Assembly (NCBI GenBank): GCA_052390235.1
Contig: JBQTHB010000002.1
Span: 192,001 to 256,000, forward strand
DNA: 64,000 nt
Direction of reading: 5' to 3'
Source of the DNA: Deltaproteobacteria bacterium
GTDB lineage: Bacteria > Desulfobacterota_D > UBA1144 > Nemesobacterales > CSP1-2
Program-made: the position numbers and the translations under genes
In this document: in pieces, positions 43,301 to 52,822 of the stretch
How positions within the stretch are numbered: the stretch's first letter is position 1
How the letters are laid out: every line of letters starts with the position of its first letter
The notes under the pieces: model-generated
Database searches by the model: none
Seen by the model: the letters and a program-made list of their open reading frames with translations, nothing else
Told to the model about the DNA's origin: nothing

Positions 43301-44326
43301 ATGCGCGTAGCAATGTACTACAATAATAGAGACGTGAGGCTCGAGCAGATGCCGACTCCCCGCATCGGCCAGGGGGAGATTCTCATCCGCGCCCACGCAA
43401 GCGGCTTATGCGGAAGCGATCTCATGGAGTGGTATCGCCTCCCGAAAGCCCCGCTAGTTCTCGGACACGAGGTCTCAGGCGAGGTCGTCGAAGTCGGCGA
43501 GGGCGTAGAGAGATTCCGCCCCAAAGACCGCGTCATTGCCACTCATCACGTCCCCTGCAATACCTGTTATCACTGCCTGCGGGGGAATCACTCCTCCTGC
43601 GAGACGCTCCGCAAGACTCACTTCGACCCCGGCGGATTCTCTGAGTGCATCCGAATTCCCGCGATAAACGTGGACAGGGGCGTTCTCAAACTGCCAGATT
43701 CGGTGAGCTACGAAGAAGGCTCGTTCGTCGAGCCGCTCGGATGCGTCCTAAGAGGGCAGAGGCTCGCCCGCCTCAGGCAAGGCTCAAGCGCTCTCGTGAT
43801 GGGAAGCGGGATGACGGGGCTGCTGCACATTCAGCTTGCGGCGACCAATGGCGCGGGACGTATCATTGCAACCGACCTGAATGAATATAAACTCGCCTCC
43901 GCGCTCCGATTCGGCGCCGAGGTTGCCATTAACGCAAGGGACGACGTTCGCAGGAGGCTAATTGAGGCAAACGACGGCAGGCTCGCCGATTTTGTAGTCG
44001 TCTGCACGGGGGCGAAGGCGGCTGTGGAGCAGGCATTCGGTCTTGTCGAGCCGGGCGGCACGATTTTATTCTTCGCTCCGTCCGACCCCGGAGCCGAGAT
44101 TTCCATCCCGTTTAACGAGCTGTGGTGGAAGGGCGTTACGACGACCTCTTCCTACGCCGCCGCGCCGGAGGATTTAGCCCTAGCCCTTGAACTCATCCGA
44201 GCCGGGCGCGTGAGGGTGGCAGATATGGTTACGCACCGCCTGCCGCTTGCCGAGACCGGGCGCGGATTTCAAATCGTGGCGGCATCCGGGGATTCCATTA
44301 AGGTCGTCATCGAACCGCAGAGATGA
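43301..44326 (+). CDS. Zinc-dependent (MDR) dehydrogenase, sorbitol/threonine dehydrogenase-like
   Basis: CGSD, GHEVSG, CNTCYHC..C, GSGMTG. Confidence 0.9.
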   Translation: MRVAMYYNNRDVRLEQMPTPRIGQGEILIRAHASGLCGSDLMEWYRLPKAPLVLGHEVSGEVVEVGEGVERFRPKDRVIATHHVPCNTCYHCLRGNHSSCETLRKTHFDPGGFSECIRIPAINVDRGVLKLPDSVSYEEGSFVEPLGCVLRGQRLARLRQGSSALVMGSGMTGLLHIQLAATNGAGRIIATDLNEYKLASALRFGAEVAINARDDVRRRLIEANDGRLADFVVVCTGAKAAVEQAFGLVEPGGTILFFAPSDPGAEISIPFNELWWKGVTTTSSYAAAPEDLALALELIRAGRVRVADMVTHRLPLAETGRGFQIVAASGDSIKVVIEPQR

Positions 44327-44355
44327 GATACCAAAGTGCGGCGCGCGCTTCTGTG

Positions 44356-44384
44356 TTGAACCCGCCGCCTAAACAATTTACAAT
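44356..44384 (+). promoter_or_regulatory. Putative sigma70 promoter of priA (likely leaderless)
   Basis: TTGAAC-17 nt-TACAAT, 8 nt before ATG 44393, no SD. Confidence 0.5.
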
Positions 44385-44392
44385 CCCTCCCG

Positions 44393-46801
44393 ATGTCAAG
44401 AGTCGTCCAAGTCGCAGTACCCATACCCGGCGAGAGCGTTTTTCACTACTCCGTCCCCGCGCATCTCGAAGATGGGGCAGAGATAGGAAAGCGCGTTTCC
44501 GCCCCCTTTGCGCGCGGTAGAATCATAGGGTTTATCGTGGGATACGACCCTCCGCCCGAAGGGATGCCGCTTAAGGAGATAATTGACGTTCTCGACGAAG
44601 AGCCGCTCCTAGGCGTATCGAGGCTTGAGTTTCTGCGGTGGATTTCAAATTACTATATCTGCTCCCTTGGGATTGTACTCAAAGCCGCTCACCCGGCGGG
44701 GCTTGGGGTACGCCTCGCAAAAACCCTGAAAATCACCCCCCTCGGCGAGTACGCAATTGACTGGAGCGTTATCTCCAGCACGGAGAGGTTCGTTCTCAAA
44801 ACCCTGCTTGCCTCAAAAAACGTCTCTCTATTGAGAATAATGAACCTAGTCGAGGGCTTGACTCACAATCAAATACACTCTCTGCGGCGGCGCAAATTAA
44901 TCGAATTCGACTATGCAATAAAATCCGACGCGAAAATAAAGTATGAAAAAATCGTCTCCGCAGGGGATAACGCCCCGGATGAGAAATTCATCAGGAGAAA
45001 TTACGCCAAAGCCGAAATCCTGAAATTCCTCGGCTCTCATGGAGAAGTACCCTATTCAATTCTGGAGGAGATTTTCGGCAACTCCTACTCGCACATTCAA
45101 AAACTGCAGGACTTGGGCTTTGTCAACGTCTCTGAGAGGGAGATTTCAAGAGACCCGTTTGCGCACATTCCAGCCGCTCTCGAAACCCCTCTCCCGCTCA
45201 ATCTGACGCAGGAATCCGTACTCGGCGAAATCGAAGAGGCGATTCGAGGCGGAGACTTTGCCCCATTTCTCCTCCACGGCGTTACGGGGAGCGGGAAGAC
45301 CGAGATTTACCTCCGCGCAATTGACGAAGCGATTAAGCTCGGCAGAGAGGCTCTCGTGCTTGTGCCTGAAATATCCCTCACCCCTCAGCTCGTAAAGCGA
45401 TTTCGAGCGAGATTCGGCGCGGAGGTCGCCGTCATCCACAGCGCGCTCGGCGATGGGGAGCGGTTTGACGCATGGCGGCAGGCGGCGCGCGGAGAGGTCA
45501 AAATCGTCATTGGGGCGAGGTCTGCGATTTTTGCTCCGCTCACAAACCTAGGCGTTATTGTGATAGACGAAGAGCATGAAACCTCCTATAAACAAGAGGA
45601 ATCCCCCTGTTACAACGCCCGCGACCTATCGCTCGTCCTCGGCACAATGACAAATTCTGTCGTGATACTCGGCTCGGCGACCCCGTCGGCTGAATCCTAT
45701 GCCAACGCCATGAGGGGGAAATTTAAATACCTGTCTATGCCGCATAGAGTTCTCGACAGGCAAATGCCCTCGGTTCAGGTGATTGACATGAGAATCGCGA
45801 AGGGGCGGCTTCTGTCAGCGGCTCTGCGCGAGGAGATGGTAAAGAATTTTGAGCGCGGCAGGCAGACGATTCTCTTTCTCAACAGGAGGGGCTTTTCCAC
45901 TATCGTAATTTGCGAGGCTTGCGGCGAGATTCAAACCTGTCCCAACTGTAGCGTCCCCCTTGCCTACCACGCTACCGACGACACGATGAGATGCCACTGG
46001 TGCGCGGGTTCGGAGATGTATGCGGGGAAATGCCCAAAATGCGGCGGCGCAATGAAAAAGCTCGGCTTCGGCACCCAGAGAATCGAGGATGAAGCGCGGC
46101 GGATACTGCCTCAGGCCAGAGTCGCCCGAATGGACGGCGACGCCATCACCGGTAAGAGCGATTTATTTAATTTTTACCGGAGGCTTGAGAGCGGCGAAAT
46201 TGACGTACTCGTCGGCACGCAGATGGTAGTCAAGGGGCATGACCTTCCGGGGGTAACGCTTGTAGGGGTGGTTTCCGCAGATCAGGCTCTTGGAATGTCG
46301 GATTTCAGGGCGGGGGAGCGGACATTTCAGCTTATCACTCAAGTTGCGGGGCGGGCAGGGAGGGGAGATGAGCCGGGGCTTGTGATGGTGCAGACGTTTA
46401 ACCCGGAGCATCCGAGCGTTAAATTCGCCGTCAGCCAAGATAGCCTGGGCTTCCTAGCCGAGGAGTTGGAACTGCGCGAGGAACTGGGCTATCCTCCGTT
46501 CTCAAGGCTCGTGAATCTGAGATTTCTGGGAAAAACCAACGCCCGAACCGCCGAAGTCGCCAACGAATGCGCCGCCGCCGCAAGGTCGCTTGCGGGGAAG
46601 CTCCCCGCAGGCTCGGTGAGGATTTTGGGCCCCTCTCCATCGCCGGTGAATAGAGTTAAAAACCGCTTCCGCTGGCAGATGCTGCTTAAATCTGAGAATA
46701 TAGCCCTACTCCACAGGGTCTCGAAAAAGCTCCTCGACGTTGCATCTAAGTTCTCAGGGGTGAGGGTTACGGCGGATGTTGACCCCTTTGGATTTGTCTG
46801 A
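44393..46801 (+). CDS. priA: Primosomal protein N' (replication restart helicase)
   Basis: GVTGSGKTE, DEEHE, GSATPS, NRRGF, Cys-rich zinc region, QVAGRAGR. Confidence 0.97.
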   Translation: MSRVVQVAVPIPGESVFHYSVPAHLEDGAEIGKRVSAPFARGRIIGFIVGYDPPPEGMPLKEIIDVLDEEPLLGVSRLEFLRWISNYYICSLGIVLKAAHPAGLGVRLAKTLKITPLGEYAIDWSVISSTERFVLKTLLASKNVSLLRIMNLVEGLTHNQIHSLRRRKLIEFDYAIKSDAKIKYEKIVSAGDNAPDEKFIRRNYAKAEILKFLGSHGEVPYSILEEIFGNSYSHIQKLQDLGFVNVSEREISRDPFAHIPAALETPLPLNLTQESVLGEIEEAIRGGDFAPFLLHGVTGSGKTEIYLRAIDEAIKLGREALVLVPEISLTPQLVKRFRARFGAEVAVIHSALGDGERFDAWRQAARGEVKIVIGARSAIFAPLTNLGVIVIDEEHETSYKQEESPCYNARDLSLVLGTMTNSVVILGSATPSAESYANAMRGKFKYLSMPHRVLDRQMPSVQVIDMRIAKGRLLSAALREEMVKNFERGRQTILFLNRRGFSTIVICEACGEIQTCPNCSVPLAYHATDDTMRCHWCAGSEMYAGKCPKCGGAMKKLGFGTQRIEDEARRILPQARVARMDGDAITGKSDLFNFYRRLESGEIDVLVGTQMVVKGHDLPGVTLVGVVSADQALGMSDFRAGERTFQLITQVAGRAGRGDEPGLVMVQTFNPEHPSVKFAVSQDSLGFLAEELELREELGYPPFSRLVNLRFLGKTNARTAEVANECAAAARSLAGKLPAGSVRILGPSPSPVNRVKNRFRWQMLLKSENIALLHRVSKKLLDVASKFSGVRVTADVDPFGFV

Positions 46802-46832
46802 CGAGGCGGGGTGATGGACTCAGACAGAGAAG

Positions 46833-46910
46833 TGGCGTCCCCGACGGGATTTGAACCCGTGTTACCGCCTTGAAAGGGCGATGTCCTAGGCCAACCTAGA
46901 CGACGGGGAC
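46833..46910 (-). tRNA. tRNA-Glu (anticodon TTC), CCA encoded
   Basis: Reverse complement GTCCCCG...CTTTCAA...GGTTCAAATCC...CGGGGACGCCA folds as a cloverleaf. Confidence 0.96.
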
Positions 46911-46920
46911 ACACTCAATA

Positions 46921-46994
46921 TGAGCCGTACAGGATTCGAACCTGTGACCCACTGCTTAAAAGGCAGTTGCTCTACCAAGCTGAGCTAACGGCTC
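46921..46994 (-). tRNA. tRNA-Lys (anticodon TTT), CCA not encoded
   Basis: Reverse complement GAGCCGTTAGCTCAG...ACTGC CTTTTAA GCAGT...GGTTCGAATCC...ACGGCTCA. Confidence 0.96.
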
Positions 46995-47008
46995 AAATTA
47001 GGTCATAA

Positions 47009-47036
47009 AACATATCACGGGATAGGGGTTTGTCAA
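47009..47036 (-). promoter_or_regulatory. Putative promoter of the tRNA-Lys/tRNA-Glu operon
   Basis: Minus strand TTGACA-16 nt-TATGTT with an extended -10 TG. Confidence 0.6.
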
Positions 47037-47122
47037 AAATCTGAGGGTTGCTTGTTGAAGCGCCGGCGTGGTGTAGAATCAAACCCCGATATTCAATATT
47101 ATTTCTCAAGGTGAATCATCGG

Positions 47123-48286
47123 ATGATAGATGGACTTGACGGCGCGGCGCGGAGGAATTTTACCCTCGTTACAATAGCGAATTTCTTGTTTTTCTGCTGT
47201 TTTTCCTCATTTTTTCTTCTCCCCATCTATATAACGCGCCTCGGAGGGGACGAAGCCCGAATTGGGTTTATCATGGGTTCGTTCGGCGTAACCTCGATAG
47301 CCTCGATACCGCTTGTGGCTTTTTTGATAGACAGATTCGGGCGGCGCAGATTCATGCTACTGGGCGCGTCGCTGATGCTCGCCTCCTCGCTTGGATACCT
47401 GCTCGTTACCGAGCTGAATTATCTCCTCTACGCCCTTAGACTCGCCCAGGGCGTGGGATTTGCCTTCTTCTTTACCTCCGCAGGCACTGCCGCCGCCGAC
47501 TTTGTGCCTGAATCCCAAAGAGGCAGGGGGCTGGGGCTATTCGGAGCGTTTACGATAGCCTCTTACGCGCTTGGGCCATCGGCCGGGGAGCTAGTCATTG
47601 AGAGCTTCGGATTCCGCTCGTTTTTCATCTATGCAAGCTCGTTCGCCGCGGCTGCGTTGCTCATCACGTTGCTCGTGAAAGACGCCTCGTTTACCCCCTC
47701 TAAAGACCGCTATGGCACGGGATTTTTTAGATTAGCCCTCTCCCGCAGGCTCGCCGTGCCGCTTCTGGCAAATCTCATACTTGCCGGCGGGTTTGGCTCG
47801 GTGCTCAATTTTATCTCGGCGTATCTGAAGCCCAAAGGGGTTGACGTTTTCTATTTCTTTCTCACCTACACGATAGTGGTAGCCGCCATAAGGCTGTGCG
47901 TCGGGGGGATTTCGGATAAATTGGGGAGGAAGAAAATCGCCGCGCCGAGCCTGTTTTTTCTCTCGATAGCGATAGCTTCGATGACTCTAATGGACTCTGT
48001 TTACTCGACTATATTGATTTCCCTTGTCTTCAGCGCGAGCTACGGGATGCTCTATCCCACGTTGAGCGCCCTTGTGATAGACAAAGCGGCGTCCGACGAA
48101 AGGGGCAAGGCGATGGGGGCTTTTAACGCCTGCTTCAGCGTCGGGACTAATATCCTAACGCTCGGATTCGGGCTTATAGCAAGGCGCTTCGGGTTCGAGG
48201 GGATGTACATCGCTTCGGCCGCCCTCGTGTTTGCGGGGTTTTTAATTTTCATGGTTTTTGAGCGCGGCGATGATTGCGAGAGATAG
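47123..48286 (+). CDS. MFS transporter
   Basis: About 12 TM segments, DRFGRR and DKLGRKK motif-A repeats, RGRGLG. Confidence 0.9.
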   Translation: MIDGLDGAARRNFTLVTIANFLFFCCFSSFFLLPIYITRLGGDEARIGFIMGSFGVTSIASIPLVAFLIDRFGRRRFMLLGASLMLASSLGYLLVTELNYLLYALRLAQGVGFAFFFTSAGTAAADFVPESQRGRGLGLFGAFTIASYALGPSAGELVIESFGFRSFFIYASSFAAAALLITLLVKDASFTPSKDRYGTGFFRLALSRRLAVPLLANLILAGGFGSVLNFISAYLKPKGVDVFYFFLTYTIVVAAIRLCVGGISDKLGRKKIAAPSLFFLSIAIASMTLMDSVYSTILISLVFSASYGMLYPTLSALVIDKAASDERGKAMGAFNACFSVGTNILTLGFGLIARRFGFEGMYIASAALVFAGFLIFMVFERGDDCER

Positions 48287-48538
48287 GCAGTAAATAATTC
48301 GAGATGCGAGGCAGCCGCTCCAGTGAATCGGTTGGGCAGGAGGCGGAAATAACTGTCCTCCGCGCTGATAACAGGAATTGGCGGCAATCCTGCAAAGTAA
48401 ATCCCAAATCGCCATACTCGCCCTCCGAGTCCAAATCGAGCAATCTATTCACCAACTCTTGACATATAGTCTCTATCTGATAATTTAGTATAATCAAAAA
48501 TACAAATTATGAAATGCTAAATAACTGAGGAGAGAGAT

Positions 48539-49312
48539 ATGAAACACATCAAATTGTATCACCTAGCGCTTTTAGGTTTTTTATGCCTGATTGACTCTGA
48601 CCTCGCGCGCGCCGTCGGCGGGATTTCAAACAGCAAAGTAGTGGTACCCTCGGCTGATACCGTTGAGGGGGGGAGGTTTGAATTTGAGCCTTTCTTCGGG
48701 CTTGGATTCTTAGACGATTCGGATGACACCTCCGAGTTCATAGCCGGGGCGAGATTTACTCTTGGCGCGCTGGATACCCTTGAAATTGGGGCAAATGTCG
48801 GATTTCTCGTGATAAGCGACACTGACTCTGGGGGCAGGGAAGAGGATTTCGGCGATATTGAGACGGGGGTTAAATTCAGATTCATCGAGCAGAGCGAATC
48901 CACGCCGTTCTCCCTTGCCTATCAGGGCGGCTTCTCGATTCCCACAAGCGGCGAGGGCGCGCCTTGGGTGTTTGAGCCTGCGGGGCTGATTCTAACCAAA
49001 AATTTCGATGAGAAGCTCTCGATGGACGCGGACGTCGTCCTTTTCCTAGTCGAGGACGATAGCGCCGGTTTCGTAGCGGAGTTGGGATTTGGCTACTTTA
49101 TCACTCCGCGCTTTCAACCTGTGATAGAGGCGGGCTTTGTCTATGAAAATCCCGACTCAGGACAGAGCGCCTCGGTTCTCAATTTAACCGCCGGGTTCAC
49201 GGCGCCTGTATCGGAGCGTCTCACCGTGATTCTAGGCGTAACCCAGGACATCTATACCAATAACGCCGACGATGCAACTGAGCTTACCGCCGCCTTCACT
49301 TTCCTCTTTTGA
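48539..49312 (+). CDS. Putative outer-membrane beta-barrel protein (transporter-like)
   Basis: Signal peptide, acidic alternating strands, FGDIETGVKFRF, C-terminal FTFLF; SD GAGGAG. Confidence 0.7.
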   Translation: MKHIKLYHLALLGFLCLIDSDLARAVGGISNSKVVVPSADTVEGGRFEFEPFFGLGFLDDSDDTSEFIAGARFTLGALDTLEIGANVGFLVISDTDSGGREEDFGDIETGVKFRFIEQSESTPFSLAYQGGFSIPTSGEGAPWVFEPAGLILTKNFDEKLSMDADVVLFLVEDDSAGFVAELGFGYFITPRFQPVIEAGFVYENPDSGQSASVLNLTAGFTAPVSERLTVILGVTQDIYTNNADDATELTAAFTFLF

Positions 49313-49480
49313 TTGAACGCTCTCTCTGGCGCGTCCTCCCCATTCGACTCGGCTGCCAAGGGTTTGTCGGAGAGGGGAGGGCGGGCAGTAATCAAATCAC
49401 TTCGGCTTATATCGCAAATCCGCATCTTCTCGAACCCTAGCGAATTTGGATGAGGCGGATAATTCATATATGATTTAGCG

Positions 49481-50074
49481 ATGATGACGGCACGGCGCGC
49501 GGTAATCGAGAGAAAAACCTCCGAGGTTTGCGTTTCAGTCGAGATAAACCTCGACGGGACTGGGCGGTACGATATTGAAACCGGAATTCCGTTCTTCAAT
49601 CATATGCTCGCCCAATTTGCTAAGCACGGCTACTTTGACCTCGCTCTAAGGGCAGAGGGCGACACCGAGATAGATTTCCACCACACGGTCGAAGACGTTG
49701 GACTTGCCCTTGGGGAGGCGTTCCTCAAAGCGCTCGGCGATAAAAAGGGGATTTCGAGATTCTCTGAGGCCATCCAGCCGTTCGATGAAACCCTCGTACA
49801 GGTTGCGGTTGACCTCTCGGGGCGGGCGTATTTTATCTATCGGGCGGATATGCCCAAGGGCAAAGCCGGGGATTTCGATGTTGAACTTGCCGAGGAGTTT
49901 TTTAAATCCCTTGCCTCGACCCTGAGATGCAATCTCCATATTGAACTGCGCTACGGGGGGAATCTCCACCACATTTTGGAGGCGATGTTCAAAGCAACGG
50001 GGCGCGCCCTCGACAGAGCCACTAGAATTGATGCCCGCGCCGCAGACGTTCCCTCGACCAAGGGGACGCTCTAG
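49481..50074 (+). CDS. hisB: Imidazoleglycerol-phosphate dehydratase
   Basis: FFNHML, DFHHTVED, NLHHILEAMFKA, PSTKG. Confidence 0.97.
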   Translation: MMTARRAVIERKTSEVCVSVEINLDGTGRYDIETGIPFFNHMLAQFAKHGYFDLALRAEGDTEIDFHHTVEDVGLALGEAFLKALGDKKGISRFSEAIQPFDETLVQVAVDLSGRAYFIYRADMPKGKAGDFDVELAEEFFKSLASTLRCNLHIELRYGGNLHHILEAMFKATGRALDRATRIDARAADVPSTKGTL

Positions 50075-50143
50075 GGGCTTGGAAAACCCGATGCGAACCC
50101 CCGCTCCCTGAGACTTCATGAATCCAGACCGGAGACTCTCATA

Positions 50144-50791
50144 ATGATAGCCATAGTTGACTACGGAATGGGCAATTTAAGGAGCGTTGCCAAGGCTTTT
50201 GAGATGCTCGGAGTTTCTGTCTGCGTTACGCGCGATGCTGGGCGGATTCTCGACTCAGACGGGCTTGTGGTTCCGGGAGTCGGCGCATTCGGCGATTGCA
50301 TGAACAATCTGAGTGAATTCGGATTGGCTGGCCCGATAAGAGAGTACGCCCTCGCTGGGAAGCCGTTTCTGGGGATATGCCTCGGGCTTCAGCTTCTGTT
50401 TGATGGGAGCGAAGAGTCGCCGGGGGTTTCGGGGCTTGGGATATTGGGCGGGCGCGTGGTGAGATTCGAAAAAATCCGCAGCGACCTAAAAATCCCCCAC
50501 ATGGGCTGGAATCGGGTTCTAGCGGAGCGGGAAATCCCGATGTTGACGGGGATTCCTTCGGGAAGCCGGTTTTATTTCGTCCACTCCTTCTACGCTCAGC
50601 CCGAGGACAGCGGGCTGGTCGCGCTCACTACGGGCTACGGCGTGCAATTCGCCTCAGCCGTGCAGAGGGGAAACCTATTCGCCTGCCAGTTTCACCCGGA
50701 GAAAAGCGGCCCGCTGGGGCTGAGGGTGCTTGAGAATTTTGCCCTCCTGTGCGGCGAGGCATCGCCAGTTAAGGCTTTGCGGGTTCGTTGA
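50144..50791 (+). CDS. hisH: Imidazole glycerol phosphate synthase glutamine amidotransferase subunit
   Basis: DYGMGNL, PGVGAF, GICLG, PHMGWN, YFVHS, QFHPEKS. Confidence 0.97.
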   Translation: MIAIVDYGMGNLRSVAKAFEMLGVSVCVTRDAGRILDSDGLVVPGVGAFGDCMNNLSEFGLAGPIREYALAGKPFLGICLGLQLLFDGSEESPGVSGLGILGGRVVRFEKIRSDLKIPHMGWNRVLAEREIPMLTGIPSGSRFYFVHSFYAQPEDSGLVALTTGYGVQFASAVQRGNLFACQFHPEKSGPLGLRVLENFALLCGEASPVKALRVR

Positions 50792-52814
50792 TAATTATCT
50801 CGCTTCCGTAAATTGTCTTATAAGCCCCGTAGCTCCTCAGCACCCGCCTTACGTAAGCCCTTGTTTCTGAGAACGGTATTTCCTCGGCGAATTCGTCCAT
50901 GTCCATACCGGCGAATCTCACAATCCACGAATCCATGTTGCCGGGTCCGGCGTTGTAGCTCCCAACGGCGTATTGTAGGTTTCCCTCAAATCTATCCAGC
51001 ATTTTCTTCAGATATGACACGCCGAGTTCAATATTAAATAGCGGCGTGTAGAGCAGGTCGGTTGAGTAGCTCGCGATGCCTACCTCGCCGGCGGCGCTTC
51101 TGCCCGTCGCTGGCATAAGCTGCATCAGCCCTATCGCCCCGGCGCGCGAGACGGCGTTTCTATCAAACCTGCTCTCTTCTCGGATGATGGAATAGGCTAG
51201 GAGTTCGTCCAGTCCGTGCTTTAGGGCAAACCTCTTCACGGCCGCGCCGAATCCCTTGGGATAGGAAATACGTCTGGCTTCGGGCAGGTCAATACCCTGA
51301 GCCAGAGCAATGGAGTCATAAAAATTATTGACCCGCGCCATGAGACAGGCTACGTGAAGCGTGTCCCGGCTCGACCCAGCCGCACGCCTCAGTTTTTTTA
51401 TCTCCAGGTCGGCGTCCTCGAATATGCCCAGTTCTATTAACAACTCCGCTTTAGTGGAATTTATCGAAGCCGAGGCATTTTTTGAAAGCTCCGGCGAATA
51501 GATTACCGGAGCATAGCCCGTTTTCACCTGAGCTAGATATGAGTAATAAGTCGGAGAATTCGCGCGCGCCAGGGTGTCGTAAATTGCGAGGGCTTCGGTG
51601 TGCCTCCCCTGCCGCTCTAGGATTTTCCCCTTCCAGTAGCTCGCCCTTGAGGCTTCAAATCCGGGGCTTGAGGCGATGATGGAGTTGAACGTGGCTATGG
51701 CTTCGGGGTAGCTCTTGCGTTTATAGTGAATCCAGCCGAGATTCCACGCCCCCTCGGCGTAGGACTTGCTCCCCGGATATTTTCTAATGAGCTGGTCGTA
51801 GAGTTCAATAGCCTTCTCCAGACTCGATGCGATTTGATAGAGCCTTGCGGCTATATATATCCCCTCGGCGGCGAGAGGGCTATCGGGGTAGAGCAGATAA
51901 ATTTGATAGTACGACTCGGCGGCGGCAATATCCCGTCCCTGCTTAGCCTTGATTTTTGCCGCCCAGAACAGGGACTCTGCCGATGGGATGAGCGATAGAA
52001 TTTTCTCGGCTTCGCCGTAGCGTCCGAGGTTGAAATTGCAGATGGCGGTCTTCATCCGCACGTCCTTGCTTTTTGACGATAGGCTCTCAAAATTTTTCAG
52101 CGCCGCCGCCCATCTCGATAGTTTATAGAGCCGCTCGCCCCTTAGCAGGTAGTCTCCCTCGCCGATGGCAAGAGGGAATCCGCCCGCGTTCGCAAGCCTT
52201 GCCGACGAGCCGTACGCGCCGTCTGCAAGCGGGGACTCCGGCAACTCCACCCAAAGCCTCTTGTAGGCATCTGCCGCCTCTCTCCCCTTTCCCTGCCTCT
52301 CAAGCGCCTCCGCCAGATTATTTAGGAACATCGCCTTCGAGGCAGAATCTGGCTCGTCTGCAAATAGGGCGCGGAAAACCCCCTCGGCTTTGGGGTAGTT
52401 CTGGGCGGCGGCATAGAGTTCGGCGAGCTTCACGAGGGAGCCGCGTCTCAGAGCGCTATCCGGGTATTCGGCTAGCGCTCTGCTAAATTCCGCCTCAGCC
52501 GCAGGGAAATTAAGTAGCCCGCTGTGCGCGACCCCGCGGTAGTAGATGGCGTAATCCCCAAGGAGCGGAAGCTCCCTCTCAAGCCCGGCGAGGACGGTCA
52601 GAGCCTCGGCGAATCTCGCGGTTTTGACCGAGCAATACCCCTGTGCGTACCGCTCGCGTGGGATTTCCCTCTGACCTCCCGATTCGAGAAGGCTCAGGCA
52701 ATTTATCTCCTCGGCGCGGGCGGGTTCGGCGGAAATCATGAAAATCGCCCAAATTAAAACTGTGAAAATCCCGACTGTAAGTCTCGGCTCGATTTTGAAT
52801 AATCTCCCGTGCAT
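50769..52814 (-). CDS. Soluble lytic murein transglycosylase (Slt-like) with TPR repeats
   Basis: IIREESRF, SRAGAIGLMQLMP, YNAGPG, ETRAYV; TPR-like helical repeats. Confidence 0.9.
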   Translation of the reverse strand: MHGRLFKIEPRLTVGIFTVLIWAIFMISAEPARAEEINCLSLLESGGQREIPRERYAQGYCSVKTARFAEALTVLAGLERELPLLGDYAIYYRGVAHSGLLNFPAAEAEFSRALAEYPDSALRRGSLVKLAELYAAAQNYPKAEGVFRALFADEPDSASKAMFLNNLAEALERQGKGREAADAYKRLWVELPESPLADGAYGSSARLANAGGFPLAIGEGDYLLRGERLYKLSRWAAALKNFESLSSKSKDVRMKTAICNFNLGRYGEAEKILSLIPSAESLFWAAKIKAKQGRDIAAAESYYQIYLLYPDSPLAAEGIYIAARLYQIASSLEKAIELYDQLIRKYPGSKSYAEGAWNLGWIHYKRKSYPEAIATFNSIIASSPGFEASRASYWKGKILERQGRHTEALAIYDTLARANSPTYYSYLAQVKTGYAPVIYSPELSKNASASINSTKAELLIELGIFEDADLEIKKLRRAAGSSRDTLHVACLMARVNNFYDSIALAQGIDLPEARRISYPKGFGAAVKRFALKHGLDELLAYSIIREESRFDRNAVSRAGAIGLMQLMPATGRSAAGEVGIASYSTDLLYTPLFNIELGVSYLKKMLDRFEGNLQYAVGSYNAGPGNMDSWIVRFAGMDMDEFAEEIPFSETRAYVRRVLRSYGAYKTIYGSEIIINEPAKP

Positions 52815-52822
52815 TGCTCTGG

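Noticed and set aside
46918..46994. tRNA-Lys lacking an encoded CCA as a pseudo-tRNA
   Set aside because: Cloverleaf is intact, and post-transcriptional CCA addition is common
49330..49383. GC-rich hairpin after the beta-barrel gene (similar one at ~23817-23858)
   Set aside because: No U-tract for a terminator call; too degenerate to assign to a repeat family
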